A DNA stretch of 62,684 nt, filler included. It is 4 parts of 4 records of this genome, joined end to end, with 100 filler letters (N's around TTAATTAATTAA, not from the genome) between each part and the next. Parts side by side here need not be neighbours in the genome. Positions count along the whole stretch, not along the records: positions 1 to 21,292 come from SRR22947727_833; 3 more parts are not named here. One strand, given 5' to 3'. This document shows, one piece after another, positions 1-9,640 of this stretch (within the stretch, counting starts at the first letter, position 1; every line of letters starts with the position of its first letter). Position numbers and translations under genes: made by a program. Under the pieces are notes generated by a model that was given only the letters and a program-made list of their open reading frames with translations, did no database searches and was not told the DNA's origin.

Positions 1-49
1 TGTTGCCGCCGTGAAAGGGCGGAGTCCTAGACCGCTAGACGAACGGGTC
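1..49 (-). tRNA. tRNA-Glu(UUC), 3' part cut off by the window edge
   Basis: Reverse complement reads GACCCGTTCGTCTAGCGGTCTAGGACTCCGCCCTTTCACGGCGGCAACA. This is the typical tRNA-Glu D arm plus anticodon stem CCGCC/GGCGG with loop CTTTCAC. Confidence 0.93.
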
Positions 50-184
50 GCATCACAAAAAATTGATGAGATGGCTTAAAGCCGTCTGCGGAGCGCTGAT
101 TATTCCCCCATTTTTTCGGGATTCAAGAGAAAATAATGAAGAAATTTCCACTGGCGGATTTTCGGGTAGTCGCCACAGTGCCGA

Positions 185-1171
185 ATGCCCATTTTAATCG
201 ACGTGTTTTACTTGATTCTCGGACTCATAGTTCTGTACTTCGGAGCGGAGTGGCTCGTTGGTGGAGCCGGTAAAATCGCCGTCAAATATGGAATCTCGCC
301 ACTGGTGGTTGGCCTGACAATCGTGGCGTTTGGAACCAGTGCGCCGGAACTGTTCGTCAGCATTGGTTTCAATATGGGAACGCCATCACTGCCGGATATG
401 TCGATCGGCAACGTGGTCGGCTCAAACATTTGTAATATCGGACTCGTTCTAGGCCTCAGCGCATTTATTTGTGTTCTTCATGTGCGGCGAGAGTTGATCG
501 TCCGCGACATGCCGATCCTCGCGCTTTCTTCGCTGGTGTTGATGGCGATGCTCCTGATCGGGTCAGGGGTTGGCCGAATTGAGGGGATCTTACTTTTTAC
601 TGCGGTGGTCGTTTATACGTTTATTCAGCTGAAGATCGCGCGAAAAATAAAAAATCCGGAGATGGTCGAGGAATTGGAAGCGGAGTTCAATCTCAGCGAA
701 GGCAAAATGGAGCCGGTTTTGAAATTGGCTGGAATGGTGTTTATCGGGTTGGTGCTGCTTTACCTTGGCGCTCGAGCCCTCGAAGAAGGAGGCGTTGGAC
801 TGGCAAAATTATTTGGTGTCCCTGAAGCGGTCATTTCTCTAACATTGATCGCTTTCAGCACCTCGGTTCCCGAACTCGCTGCTTCTGCGGTCGCTGCGAT
901 GAAAAAAGAGGGCGACATCATCATTGGAAATATCATCGGGTCCTGCATTTTTAATATTCTGTGCGTGGTCGGGGCGACGGCGGCGATCAAGCCGATGGGG
1001 GTGACTCAAATCAAACTCTCCGACCTACTCGTGATGGTCGTGATGACGTTGGTTCTCTTTCCAATTATGCTGACGAGAAAGCGAATCAGCCGCTTCGAGG
1101 GCGCGCTACTGCTCCTAGGCTATGCGGGATACATCACTTTCCTCTGGTTTGATCGTGTTGCTACTACCTGA
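185..1171 (+). CDS. Calcium/sodium antiporter (YrbG/CaCA family)
   Basis: Two alpha repeats: GTSAPEL...GNVVGSN and STSVPEL...GNIIGS; about 10 hydrophobic segments. Confidence 0.93.
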   Translation: MPILIDVFYLILGLIVLYFGAEWLVGGAGKIAVKYGISPLVVGLTIVAFGTSAPELFVSIGFNMGTPSLPDMSIGNVVGSNICNIGLVLGLSAFICVLHVRRELIVRDMPILALSSLVLMAMLLIGSGVGRIEGILLFTAVVVYTFIQLKIARKIKNPEMVEELEAEFNLSEGKMEPVLKLAGMVFIGLVLLYLGARALEEGGVGLAKLFGVPEAVISLTLIAFSTSVPELAASAVAAMKKEGDIIIGNIIGSCIFNILCVVGATAAIKPMGVTQIKLSDLLVMVVMTLVLFPIMLTRKRISRFEGALLLLGYAGYITFLWFDRVATT

Positions 1172-1197
1172 TCTCGATCGGAATAGACTGACTTCGT

Positions 1198-2724
1198 ATG
1201 AATTTCTCAATCCGCAGTGGGATCGCTGCATTTATCGTCCTCGCGACTCCCTTTTTGGCGACAGCCGAAACGAAAAATGCCATCGTGTTTCTCGTCGACG
1301 ACATGGGGTGGACTGACGTTGGCGCGTTCGGGAGTGATTTTTACGAAACACCACACATCGACGCGCTTGCCGCAGCTGGAACGAAGTTCACCAATGCCTA
1401 CGCTGCCTGTACGGTTTGTTCACCCACGCGAGCAGCATTGCTGACAGGCCAATATCCGGCGCGACTTCGTGTGACCGATTTCATTCCGGGACATCCTTTC
1501 GTAAACACCCCGCTGACAATTCCCGACTGGACTCAAGTTTTGGAACACCGCCAAGTGACGATTGCGGAAATTCTTAAAGAAAAGGGCTTCAAAACCGCGC
1601 ATTTGGGAAAGTGGCATCTCACTCATCGCGATCGAAGCGGTCCCGGTGGGTCGGATAATCCAGACCCCACTTTTTATCCAGAAAGTCAGGGATTCGATTT
1701 TAACATTGGCGGAAATGAGCATGGCGCACCTCCCAGCTATTTCTGGCCGTATGGAAAAGGGAAAACGGTCGAAATTAAAAAGAAAAACACGATCTACGCC
1801 ACGTTGCCCAAAAGCGGCAAAGACGGTGAATATCTGACGGATCGGCTCGCTTCGGAAGCGGTGGGTCTGATTGATGGATTTGCTGAATCAAAATCGCCAT
1901 TTTTCATGTATTTCTCGTTCTATAATGTCCACACGCCGTTGCAGGGCCGACCGGATTTGGTGGAGAAATACGAGAAGAAGCTCAAATCCAGTCCCAAACC
2001 GCTTCACGGAAATGTAAAATACGCGGCGATGGTGGAAAGCGTGGATGAGGCAATCGGGCGCGTTATGGCAAAGCTGCAGGAATCGGGTCTGACCGAAGAA
2101 ACGCTGATTATTTTCACCTCCGATAACGGTGGGCTTGATCCTGTCGCGACTGACAACGCTCCGCTCCGTCAGGGCAAAGGCGGAATTTACGAAGGCGGGG
2201 TGCGCATCCCGACGATTATCAATTGGCCGGGCGTCACCAAAGCGGGAACAGAGAGCAGCGAACCAATCATCACGATGGATTTTTTGCCGACTATTCTGGA
2301 AACTCTTGGTCAGGAAATTCCGAATGAAATCAAATCCACGGTTGATGGGGTTTCGCTGACACCCATTCTAAAAGATCCCGCAGACAGCCTGGATCGCGAC
2401 GCGATTTTCTGGCATTACCCGCACTATCATTCGATGGGAGCCCAACCCTACAGCTCGGTCCGAATGGGCGATTGGAAACTGATCGAGCTTCATGACGGCA
2501 GTCCGCTGGAACTCTACAATTTGGTCAAAGATATTCACGAAGATCACAACCTCGCGAAGAAAAATCCTGAGAAAACCACCGAGCTTCACAAACGGCTTTC
2601 AGAATGGAAACAATCAGTCGATGCGCAGATGCCAACAACGAACGCCGCGTTCAACGCTACTAAGAAAACCGGGGTTCAGCGAAAAGGCAACGCTGTCAAA
2701 GCCGCTGCTGCCTTGAGAAAATAA
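1198..2724 (+). CDS. Sulfatase (formylglycine-dependent, S1 family), secreted
   Basis: Signal peptide; DDMG; CSPTRAALLTG; GKWHL; FTSDNGG; YEGGVRIP. Confidence 0.95.
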   Translation: MNFSIRSGIAAFIVLATPFLATAETKNAIVFLVDDMGWTDVGAFGSDFYETPHIDALAAAGTKFTNAYAACTVCSPTRAALLTGQYPARLRVTDFIPGHPFVNTPLTIPDWTQVLEHRQVTIAEILKEKGFKTAHLGKWHLTHRDRSGPGGSDNPDPTFYPESQGFDFNIGGNEHGAPPSYFWPYGKGKTVEIKKKNTIYATLPKSGKDGEYLTDRLASEAVGLIDGFAESKSPFFMYFSFYNVHTPLQGRPDLVEKYEKKLKSSPKPLHGNVKYAAMVESVDEAIGRVMAKLQESGLTEETLIIFTSDNGGLDPVATDNAPLRQGKGGIYEGGVRIPTIINWPGVTKAGTESSEPIITMDFLPTILETLGQEIPNEIKSTVDGVSLTPILKDPADSLDRDAIFWHYPHYHSMGAQPYSSVRMGDWKLIELHDGSPLELYNLVKDIHEDHNLAKKNPEKTTELHKRLSEWKQSVDAQMPTTNAAFNATKKTGVQRKGNAVKAAAALRK

Positions 2725-2742
2725 TTCCCATTATTGATCCCC

Positions 2743-3093
2743 ATGAGCAATTCGCTTCGCTTCCTGATTTATTTCATTTTCCCGCTTTCGGTTCCCTTGA
2801 CCGGATTCGCGGATGAAAGCGAGGTCGTGGAAGATGCGATTTTCGTTCTCGAACAGAATTGCATCGTTTGCCACAACGCGGAAGATGCCAAAGGTGAAAT
2901 CACGCTCGATCGGGATCCGTTGGGGCTGGATGATCCATCGCTTATTTTGGAGGCAATCGAAGGCTCTGACCCTAAAATGCCTAAAGATACCGATCCGCTG
3001 CTCGATGAGGAAATCGCAGCCCTCAAGAAATGGATCGCTGCAGGTGCAAAGATTCCCAAAGGCCGGATTTTAAAAAAACCGGACGACGAATAA
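2743..3093 (+). CDS. Small secreted c-type cytochrome (planctomycete cytochrome c domain)
   Basis: Signal-like N-terminus, CIVCH heme motif, KMPK and LKKWIAAGA as in PSCyt1-type domains. Confidence 0.75.
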   Translation: MSNSLRFLIYFIFPLSVPLTGFADESEVVEDAIFVLEQNCIVCHNAEDAKGEITLDRDPLGLDDPSLILEAIEGSDPKMPKDTDPLLDEEIAALKKWIAAGAKIPKGRILKKPDDE

Positions 3094-3099
3094 ATCAAA

Positions 3100-3142
3100 C
3101 GATCCGACAGGGTTGATTCGCCGAACCGACCCTACCAAATCG
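3100..3142. repeat. 43-bp palindromic intergenic repeat, degenerate copy
   Basis: Core ACAGGGTTGATTCGCCGAACCGACCCT matches the copy at 13556 at 23 of 27 nt and has the same 14-15-14 layout as the copies at 13556 and 17211. Confidence 0.7.
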
Positions 3143-5525
3143 AGTCAGGGCAACTGTGTTGAGAATCCCCTAAGAAGTCAGCGCGAAATGGTGGGGTTCA
3201 TACAGGCCTGCGCCGGTCTCTGATTACGGTTTGATCGAAATTCGAAAAATTTGCTCGTGCGTCTCAATTTTAAAATTTGTTGCATATTTTTTTATAAATT
3301 CCATAATGAATAAATTTTATAGGGCTGATTGCACTTAAACTTACTTTAATAGATGATTTTTTTATCATCGTTACTGATCTTTGGTCGATAGTTACTCAAA
3401 TCATCCCGATTTTTCCTTTTACGTAGATTTCCCCCTTCTCCTTTCTGTTAGATCATGGCCGATGCCGCTTTGAAAGAGTTCGATCAGTTCCGCTTCGTTC
3501 GCGAAGACAACGGATCACTCGCATCGCTACCCTCCAACAATCCCGATGAGCAAATGCTCATGGTTCTGGATTGTGAGCGATTTCGATTGGCTCGACTCCA
3601 TATTTTTGCCGGACGCTCACACGAGCCGGATCGTGCAGAGTGGTTCAAGCATTAGATGGCTGCGATTTCAAAAATGCAGCACCCGTGTTTGAGCAAACTC
3701 ATTTCCTACGGGCAGGATGAGAATGAGCTCTTTTTCGCCGACCAGATGGTGAAAGGCGAATCAATTGGCTCCTATCTGAAGCGAAACGGAGCGGTTCCGG
3801 CGGCGACTTCTGCGCGTTTGACTCTGGATCTGATTTCAGTAATGACGGGCCAACGGGCACTTCCAAGAACGCTGGAGAATTTCATTCCGGCGAATCTCTT
3901 CCTGACAATTGGAACTGAAAATGGCGGAATCCGCCTGATGTTTTGTGACTTCTCGAATTGGGACAAACCCTGCGTCCTCATGGAAGCAGAGCTAACGGCT
4001 CGAGTGGCCCATTTTACAAAAGTCCTTCTAACGGGAGATCCTGAAGGAAAAAAGACTTTCCAGAGAACGTTTCGGCTGAATTTCGGGGACTGTTGGAGAA
4101 GAATTTAAATCCACAGTCAGCTTCATCCCTGACTAATTTCGCGGCGGCTCTGACTGAATTCGCCACTGATGTTTCCGGCGATCAAATTGTGCGCCCGCGA
4201 TCCCACCTGCGTCATTGGCTGATGCGTGGGGCGGAAACCCTGGAGCTTGGTTCGGAATTTAAGGAAGCCATCCCGGCGATGAAAAACCGGTTTGCTCCGG
4301 AACTTGCTTATGCGTTTGATGCCACCTTGCAGGGGCCGATTGGTTTTGCACCCGTCCGCTTTCAAATTTTCCCCGGTCATGAATCAATCCCGTACGGGAT
4401 GGTTTGAGCAGCACCGCGCAGCCATGCGTCGCCCCGGTCGCGGCTTTCCAAATCAGCTCGCAGTGCAATCGCTCGAACCTCGAGGCCGCACCCTCCTGAT
4501 TGGTGAGGAACGAATTCAAGGGCTCAACTTACATTCGATTGTTCACCAACTGGGCCCCCTGCCCTCGCGCGATGCATTCGAAATGGGTTCCAAATTGACG
4601 GCAGCAGTCGATGCGATTGAAAGATCGACCAGCTCCTGCCCGATTTGGTGGCTTCCGCCCGAAAATATTTATGCCGTTACCGGCAGTGAAGACAGCGCCA
4701 GCTTGAAAGAAGCGCTTGATCGATTTGGGTCTACCGCGTGGCAGCGCCTGCCGATTCGCCTGCGACTTCACCAAACCGCCGCGTCACTTCTCGACGGCGT
4801 TCAACTGCCGAAGAATCTTCTCAAACTCATCGAAACCGGCGGAAAATCGAATGACAACGCTCGTCGCGCGGCCGTTTTGGCACCCGTCATGTGGTTTGCC
4901 CTGACCGGGAAAAAAAATCGCTTGGGGACGTCCTATTTCCGCCGAAGAAGAAAACGTTCATGCTGAAGTAGCTGCCGTTTTCGAAAACACCCGCAGCCAA
5001 CTTCGCGAAGCACCGGAAAACCTCCACCTGAATTTCTTAGAACAACTGAAAGGTGCGTTCGATCGAATCAAAGCAGCTCCTCGAGTTGGCAAAGCCATGC
5101 CGGTTTCCGGAGCCGAAGGCGTTTCTGCCGTTCTTCCGCCGGTCATTGGTGCACCAGCAGATCTGGATCAAAGTCAGCAGCAGACATTTATCGAGGCGCC
5201 GGCCACTGAATCAAATGATGAATCCGTTCTCGGAGCAGAGCCAGAACAGCTTGGGGAAATCGTGGATGATTCGCTATGGGGAGAAGGCGGCCCGCCGGTT
5301 GAAGAAAAAACCGACGCCATCGTCGACGATTCGCTGATCACACCTGAGGTAGAGGACGATGCCGGGGTTACTGATCGCGGGTCATGGTTCAAGCGCACCT
5401 TTGCCGTGCAGAAAGGCGCGGCGGCCCTGGCCGCGACGACAGAAAAAGAAATCGCTACCGAAGAAGTCATCGAAAAAGAGGAAGAGACCGTAAGCGAACC
5501 TATTGAAAGCATCGGCGCATATTCA

Positions 5526-5561
5526 GAGCCAGAGCCAGAGCCTGAGCCTGAACCCGAGCCA
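5526..5561 (+). repeat. Hexamer tandem repeat (GARCCH)x6 encoding (EP)6
   Basis: gagcca gagcca gagcct gagcct gaaccc gagcca. Confidence 0.85.
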
Positions 5562-5725
5562 AGTCGTGGGCTCGGATCACTTCCGTTTGGTGAAACGCCA
5601 GATTCAGTATCTGCTTCAAACAACATTTTCACGAACCCACCCCCCGAAACCGCGCCTACTCCGAAATTAGAATCGCTGTCTGGATTCGGCGAGCGGATCA
5701 TCGCGCAAGCTGGGGCGACGACGAA

Positions 5726-6907
5726 ATGGCGGCAGCTACCCGACGAAAAAGCCCAATTCCTTGGATTAAAGTGGCGCTTTTTGCCGTGATCACTGCGGCC
5801 GTTGTTGGTGGTGCCGCTCATTTTGTAAACCAGTTGTTGAACTGGTTTGACCGTCAATCATTTACCGAACGGCTTCCCGCGACAGATTACGAACCGAAGT
5901 TCTTTGCGACAGATCCCCTTGGCGAAGCACCCGCTGAAACCAAGCCCGGAGACCCGACTGACACCGATGAAATTGACGTCACCGAAGGCATCGAAAAACC
6001 CAACGTTGCTATTCAAAAAGGAGACGAGGCTCGCGAAAATGGCGATTACACCGATGCCGTGAACCTGTATCTTCACGCCCTCAAGCTCGATCCCAATTCG
6101 TCCGAGCCGAAAACACAGCTTTGGAAGACGCTTGAGATTTGGAACGAAACCGACGCCCCCGTTGGCCGGATCAATGCCGGAAGATTAGAGAAAGCCGCCC
6201 AATATGCAACGCAAGCCGCCTGGCTGCTTTCCGAATATTACCTGCATCGCGATCGTGCACTCGGACTTCACTGGTTAAAAAAATCAGCTGATTCCGGTCA
6301 TCCCGCTGATATGCGCAAGCTCGGTATCATTTTGACTCCGGGGAAATTTGCATCGGCCGACCACTCCGGCGGTATGAATTGGCTGAAGCGCGCCGCTGAT
6401 AAAGGCGACGCTGAATCACAATTCCTATACGGCGAATGCCTGATCTTCGGTGAATTTGTCGAGAAAGCTCCTCATCAAGGAACTGATTATCTCAAACTGG
6501 CCGCCGATCAGGGATACGCGGATACCAAAGAACTGCTCGGCGTCTGCATGGTCGAAGGGATCGGCATCAACCCGAGTCAGAAAGCCGGATTTCAGCAGTT
6601 CGTCGAATCCGCCGAGATCGGAACCATCACCGCCAATCTTCAAATCGGCTTGTGTCATCTTCATGGCGATGGAACTCCCCGCGACCAAACCACCGCAGTT
6701 GCTGCTTTCAAAAAAGGGGCCGAACTCGGCGATCCTAAAGCAATGTATGCCTATACGTTGTGCCTCGACTCCGGTGTTAGCGGGCGCATTTCGTCAGACG
6801 ACGCCAGCGAATGGATGAAAAAAGCCGCCGATCTGGGGCACCCCGGCGCAAAGGCCTGCCATACTCCAGCCGCGGCGGCTGATCAAAAAGAAGACGGATC
6901 GAAGTAG
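5726..6907 (+). CDS. TM-anchored TPR/Sel1-like repeat protein (C-terminal part of the disrupted gene; may be expressed alone)
   Basis: TM segment IKVALFAVITAAVVGGAAHFV, one TPR-like unit and about 5-6 Sel1 repeats. Confidence 0.75.
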   Translation: MAAATRRKSPIPWIKVALFAVITAAVVGGAAHFVNQLLNWFDRQSFTERLPATDYEPKFFATDPLGEAPAETKPGDPTDTDEIDVTEGIEKPNVAIQKGDEARENGDYTDAVNLYLHALKLDPNSSEPKTQLWKTLEIWNETDAPVGRINAGRLEKAAQYATQAAWLLSEYYLHRDRALGLHWLKKSADSGHPADMRKLGIILTPGKFASADHSGGMNWLKRAADKGDAESQFLYGECLIFGEFVEKAPHQGTDYLKLAADQGYADTKELLGVCMVEGIGINPSQKAGFQQFVESAEIGTITANLQIGLCHLHGDGTPRDQTTAVAAFKKGAELGDPKAMYAYTLCLDSGVSGRISSDDASEWMKKAADLGHPGAKACHTPAAAADQKEDGSK

Positions 6908-6909
6908 GA

Positions 6910-7404
6910 TTACTTCAATTCAGCCAACTTTGCTTTAATCGCATCGAAGTTCGGCAAATCACCGGGGCTATCGCTGCTTTCGGAATACTGAATGACCCCT
7001 GCGCTATCGACGATGAAAGCCGAACGCTTTGGCACACCGCCCATGGTCAGATTTTTCTCAGGGAGAAAAGAATCGTAAGCTACGTCGTATGCCTTGGCGA
7101 CACCGTGCTCGTAATCGCTCAGCAATTTCAAGCTGATGCCCTCTTTCTCCGCCCAGTTTGCTTGCGCAAAAGGATTGTCACCGCTGATGCCGAGCACCTT
7201 AGCATTGAGACCTTCGTACTCCGCAAGCTCACTCGTCACCGAGCAAAATTCCGTTGTGCAAACGCCGGTGAAAGCCATTGGGACAAACAACAGCAGCACG
7301 CTGCCGTCGCCGAGCTGATCGCTCAACTTTACGAGTTCAGGACCGTCCGCGCCGAGCGAGGTCATTTCAAAATCGGGTGCTTTTTCGCCTACTGAAAGTG
7401 CCAT
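6910..7404 (-). CDS. Peroxiredoxin (AhpC/TSA, AhpE-like)
   Basis: GEKAPDF; PMAFTGVCTTEFC (PxxxTxxC); LLSDY; KRSAFIVD. Confidence 0.92.
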   Translation of the reverse strand: MALSVGEKAPDFEMTSLGADGPELVKLSDQLGDGSVLLLFVPMAFTGVCTTEFCSVTSELAEYEGLNAKVLGISGDNPFAQANWAEKEGISLKLLSDYEHGVAKAYDVAYDSFLPEKNLTMGGVPKRSAFIVDSAGVIQYSESSDSPGDLPNFDAIKAKLAELK

Positions 7405-7488
7405 GATATATAATTCGTTGGTTTGATTAAACGTTCTAAGACGCTGGACTATAAAAGGACGTTGCCACCCGTCAACGGAATTGGTTTT

Positions 7489-8391
7489 TCAATCCATCGA
7501 ACGCGGCAGCGGCGAACCTTGCCGATCCAGATCGATTTTTACGCTGGCACGAAACTCACGCGGCGTTTCGCCTTTGATCTCGCGAAAGCGACGATTAAAA
7601 TTTGAGAGATTGTTGAACCCGGAATCCAGCGCGATTTCCGAAATCGAGTGATTCGTTTCCAGTAACATGCGGCAGGATTCACCCACGCGCAGCTCGTTCA
7701 GATACTGAATCAGCGTTCGACCCGTGTTCGCTTTAAAAAACCGGCAAAACGACTTCGGCGTCATTTTTGCAACCGCCGCGACGTCATCCAGCCGAACGGC
7801 ATCGTGTTTGTGTTCGCGAAGATATTCCAGCAGCGCCCCGATTCGCGAAATGTCCTCGTCCCTCAGCGATGGCGAATACGCCGGACTTGCGAGAGGCGAT
7901 TTTTCATCCGAAACCGCAAACAAATTTAGAATTCGCAGCAGCTGCACAAAACGTTCCAACGGCGATTGACCCTGCATCTCCAACATCAGTTCCGAGCCAC
8001 GAGCTGCCGTCTCGCCATGAAATTGAAACCCAAACTTCGCTGATTCGAGAAATTGCCGAATCGGCTGGAGCTCCACCTTTCCCAACAAATCTTCCCCGAT
8101 CGATTTTTCCGAAAATTGAATCACCGCCAGCGACGGCTTTTCCCAATCCTGATCATCCGGCCGGCCTGAATGCAGCGAGTGGGGAATATTTGGCCCGTTC
8201 ATGAAAAGCGTTCCCCGCTCCATCCGCCCGATGTGATCCCCCGACGTGAATTCCCCCGCATGATCTTTCAGCGACAGCAAAATATCGTATTCCGGGTGGT
8301 AATGATAGACCGGCCACAGATCACGATCGATTTTATACACCAGCGCACGCGATTCGCCGGTCGGGATAAATTCGAATTGTGGTTTGGCCAT
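7489..8391 (-). CDS. AraC family transcriptional regulator
   Basis: N-terminal cupin motif YHYHPEYD; C-terminal ISEIALDSGFNNLSNFNRRFREIKGETPREFR. ATG start taken at 8391. Confidence 0.93.
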   Translation of the reverse strand: MAKPQFEFIPTGESRALVYKIDRDLWPVYHYHPEYDILLSLKDHAGEFTSGDHIGRMERGTLFMNGPNIPHSLHSGRPDDQDWEKPSLAVIQFSEKSIGEDLLGKVELQPIRQFLESAKFGFQFHGETAARGSELMLEMQGQSPLERFVQLLRILNLFAVSDEKSPLASPAYSPSLRDEDISRIGALLEYLREHKHDAVRLDDVAAVAKMTPKSFCRFFKANTGRTLIQYLNELRVGESCRMLLETNHSISEIALDSGFNNLSNFNRRFREIKGETPREFRASVKIDLDRQGSPLPRSMD

Positions 8392-8516
8392 GATGAACGT
8401 GTCGACCACTAATCTACCGTGAACCACGCCAACGTCATCTCGCCAGATTGCGGACTTATCAGAGAAAGTCGCCGAACCGATTCAATCGGTTGAATCGTGC
8501 GGGTGCATTATTTTTT

Positions 8517-8603
8517 CACGAATTGAAGAGAATTACAGAATGAACACGAATTCTTCCGCCCGAAAAATTCGTGTTCATTCCGTAAAATTCTTTCAAATTC
8601 GTG
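8517..8603. repeat. Long imperfect inverted repeat (arms of about 37 bp)
   Basis: cacgaattgaagagaattacagaatgaacacgaatt pairs with aattcgtgttcattccgtaaaattctttcaaattcgtg. Confidence 0.75.
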
Positions 8604-8633
8604 CCCCGACAAAGAATCCCGCTCACCACCCAC

Positions 8634-9110
8634 CTACTCCGTGTCCTTGCTCTCTTTATAAGCCGCATACCGCGTTTTCTGTTCATCCGTCAGGTTCGCC
8701 GGATCAAACCGCTGATCAGGAACGCCATTCACCTTGCTGTGAAGCACGTTCGCCATGTCCTCAGCACAACGCACGATGTGCCCCGCGTTTTCACCCGCAA
8801 ACAGTTCATCGACCGACGCGAGAAACAGCACCAACCACTGATCAAACTTATCCCGCTCCATATCCGTGAGCGGTCCCAGCTTGGCATGAGCCGTCACCGG
8901 ATTCCCCTTAAACGTCATCAAGCGAAACATCACCGTGTCCCAGAAATCATACATCTTCGGCAAATGCGTTTCCCAATCCACCTTCGCGATGTCATTAAAA
9001 ATCGGCCCCAACATCTCATCACTCCGAATCCGCCCACAGAAACAATCCACCAGCCGGATGATGTCATCACGATTGGTCAAGTCGGGAAGCGAGAGCGTTT
9101 CAGTCGTCAT
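8634..9110 (-). CDS. Group III truncated hemoglobin (trHbP-like)
   Basis: LGPIF, DWETHLPKMYDFW, GNPVTAH (proximal His), FDQWLVLF, VDELFAGE. Confidence 0.9.
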   Translation of the reverse strand: MTTETLSLPDLTNRDDIIRLVDCFCGRIRSDEMLGPIFNDIAKVDWETHLPKMYDFWDTVMFRLMTFKGNPVTAHAKLGPLTDMERDKFDQWLVLFLASVDELFAGENAGHIVRCAEDMANVLHSKVNGVPDQRFDPANLTDEQKTRYAAYKESKDTE

Positions 9111-9223
9111 GATTTAAACCTGTATTTGGATAACACCTTTGATCAGGCGCATTCATTCATAGCCATCCCCCCACTCGCGCCCACAAAATGCTTGCGAAAA
9201 TATGGGTTCCCCTGCTTTCTCAA

Positions 9224-9640
9224 TTTCACATAGTAACATTGGAGGACTGAACGGATGTGATGTATCTCCAAATTTATAGCTCCGATGTTTACGAGGGTTA
9301 CAATTTTAGTGAAGCGAATCTCGCGTTGCATTACCCGGAGTTTAAACCGCAAGCGCATCCGATTTTGGCAACTATTTATTTTGTCTCGTTTGTCCTGCCG
9401 GGAACGATGGTGATGCTCAATCTGGTGATTGGCGTGCTCGTGAACGGGATGGATGATGCGCGCATTGAGGCCGAAATTGAGTTGATCAAGAAAGCTGAGC
9501 AAGCACTCGAGGGGACCTCAGCCACGCTCGATTTACCGAATCAGGTCGCCACGCTTACCAATCAGATTCGCGAATTGAATGCGGCGTTGGCGAGACTTTC
9601 GATGACGGTCAGCAAAGAAGCGCCGTTGCCCAAGAAGTGA
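9224..9640 (+). pseudogene. Remnant of a bacterial voltage-gated cation channel (pore loop, S6, coiled coil)
   Basis: Frame reads FHIVTLED*TDVMY...YFVSFVLPGTMVMLNLVIGVLVNGM. The filter Trp codon is TGA (9248-9250), and no S1-S5 coding sequence lies upstream. Confidence 0.8.

Larger units (their letters stand above)
3455..6907 (+). pseudogene. Disrupted gene for a kinase-like (pseudokinase) / acidic linker / TM / TPR-Sel1 repeat protein
   Basis: Six consecutive ORF pieces join up after one in-frame TAG (3653-3655) and four single-base frameshifts (~4050, ~4396, ~4912, ~5692). Kinase-like segments HPCLSKLISYG, PANLFL, MFCDF and PPENIY are visible; the C-terminus has Sel1 repeats (WLKRAADKGDAESQFLYG). 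Confidence 0.7.

Noticed and set aside
1..184. tRNA-Glu as an integration site for an island
   Set aside because: No integrase or duplicated tRNA end was seen, and the tRNA 3' side lies outside the window.
3653..3655. In-frame TAG as pyrrolysine or readthrough; likewise TGA at 9248 as Trp or Sec recoding
   Set aside because: No pyl or sel genes are visible, both codons end normal genes in this contig, and both genes have other damage.
8601..9233. 210-aa plus-strand ORF
   Set aside because: Antisense to the clearly recognisable globin; His/Arg-rich shadow composition.
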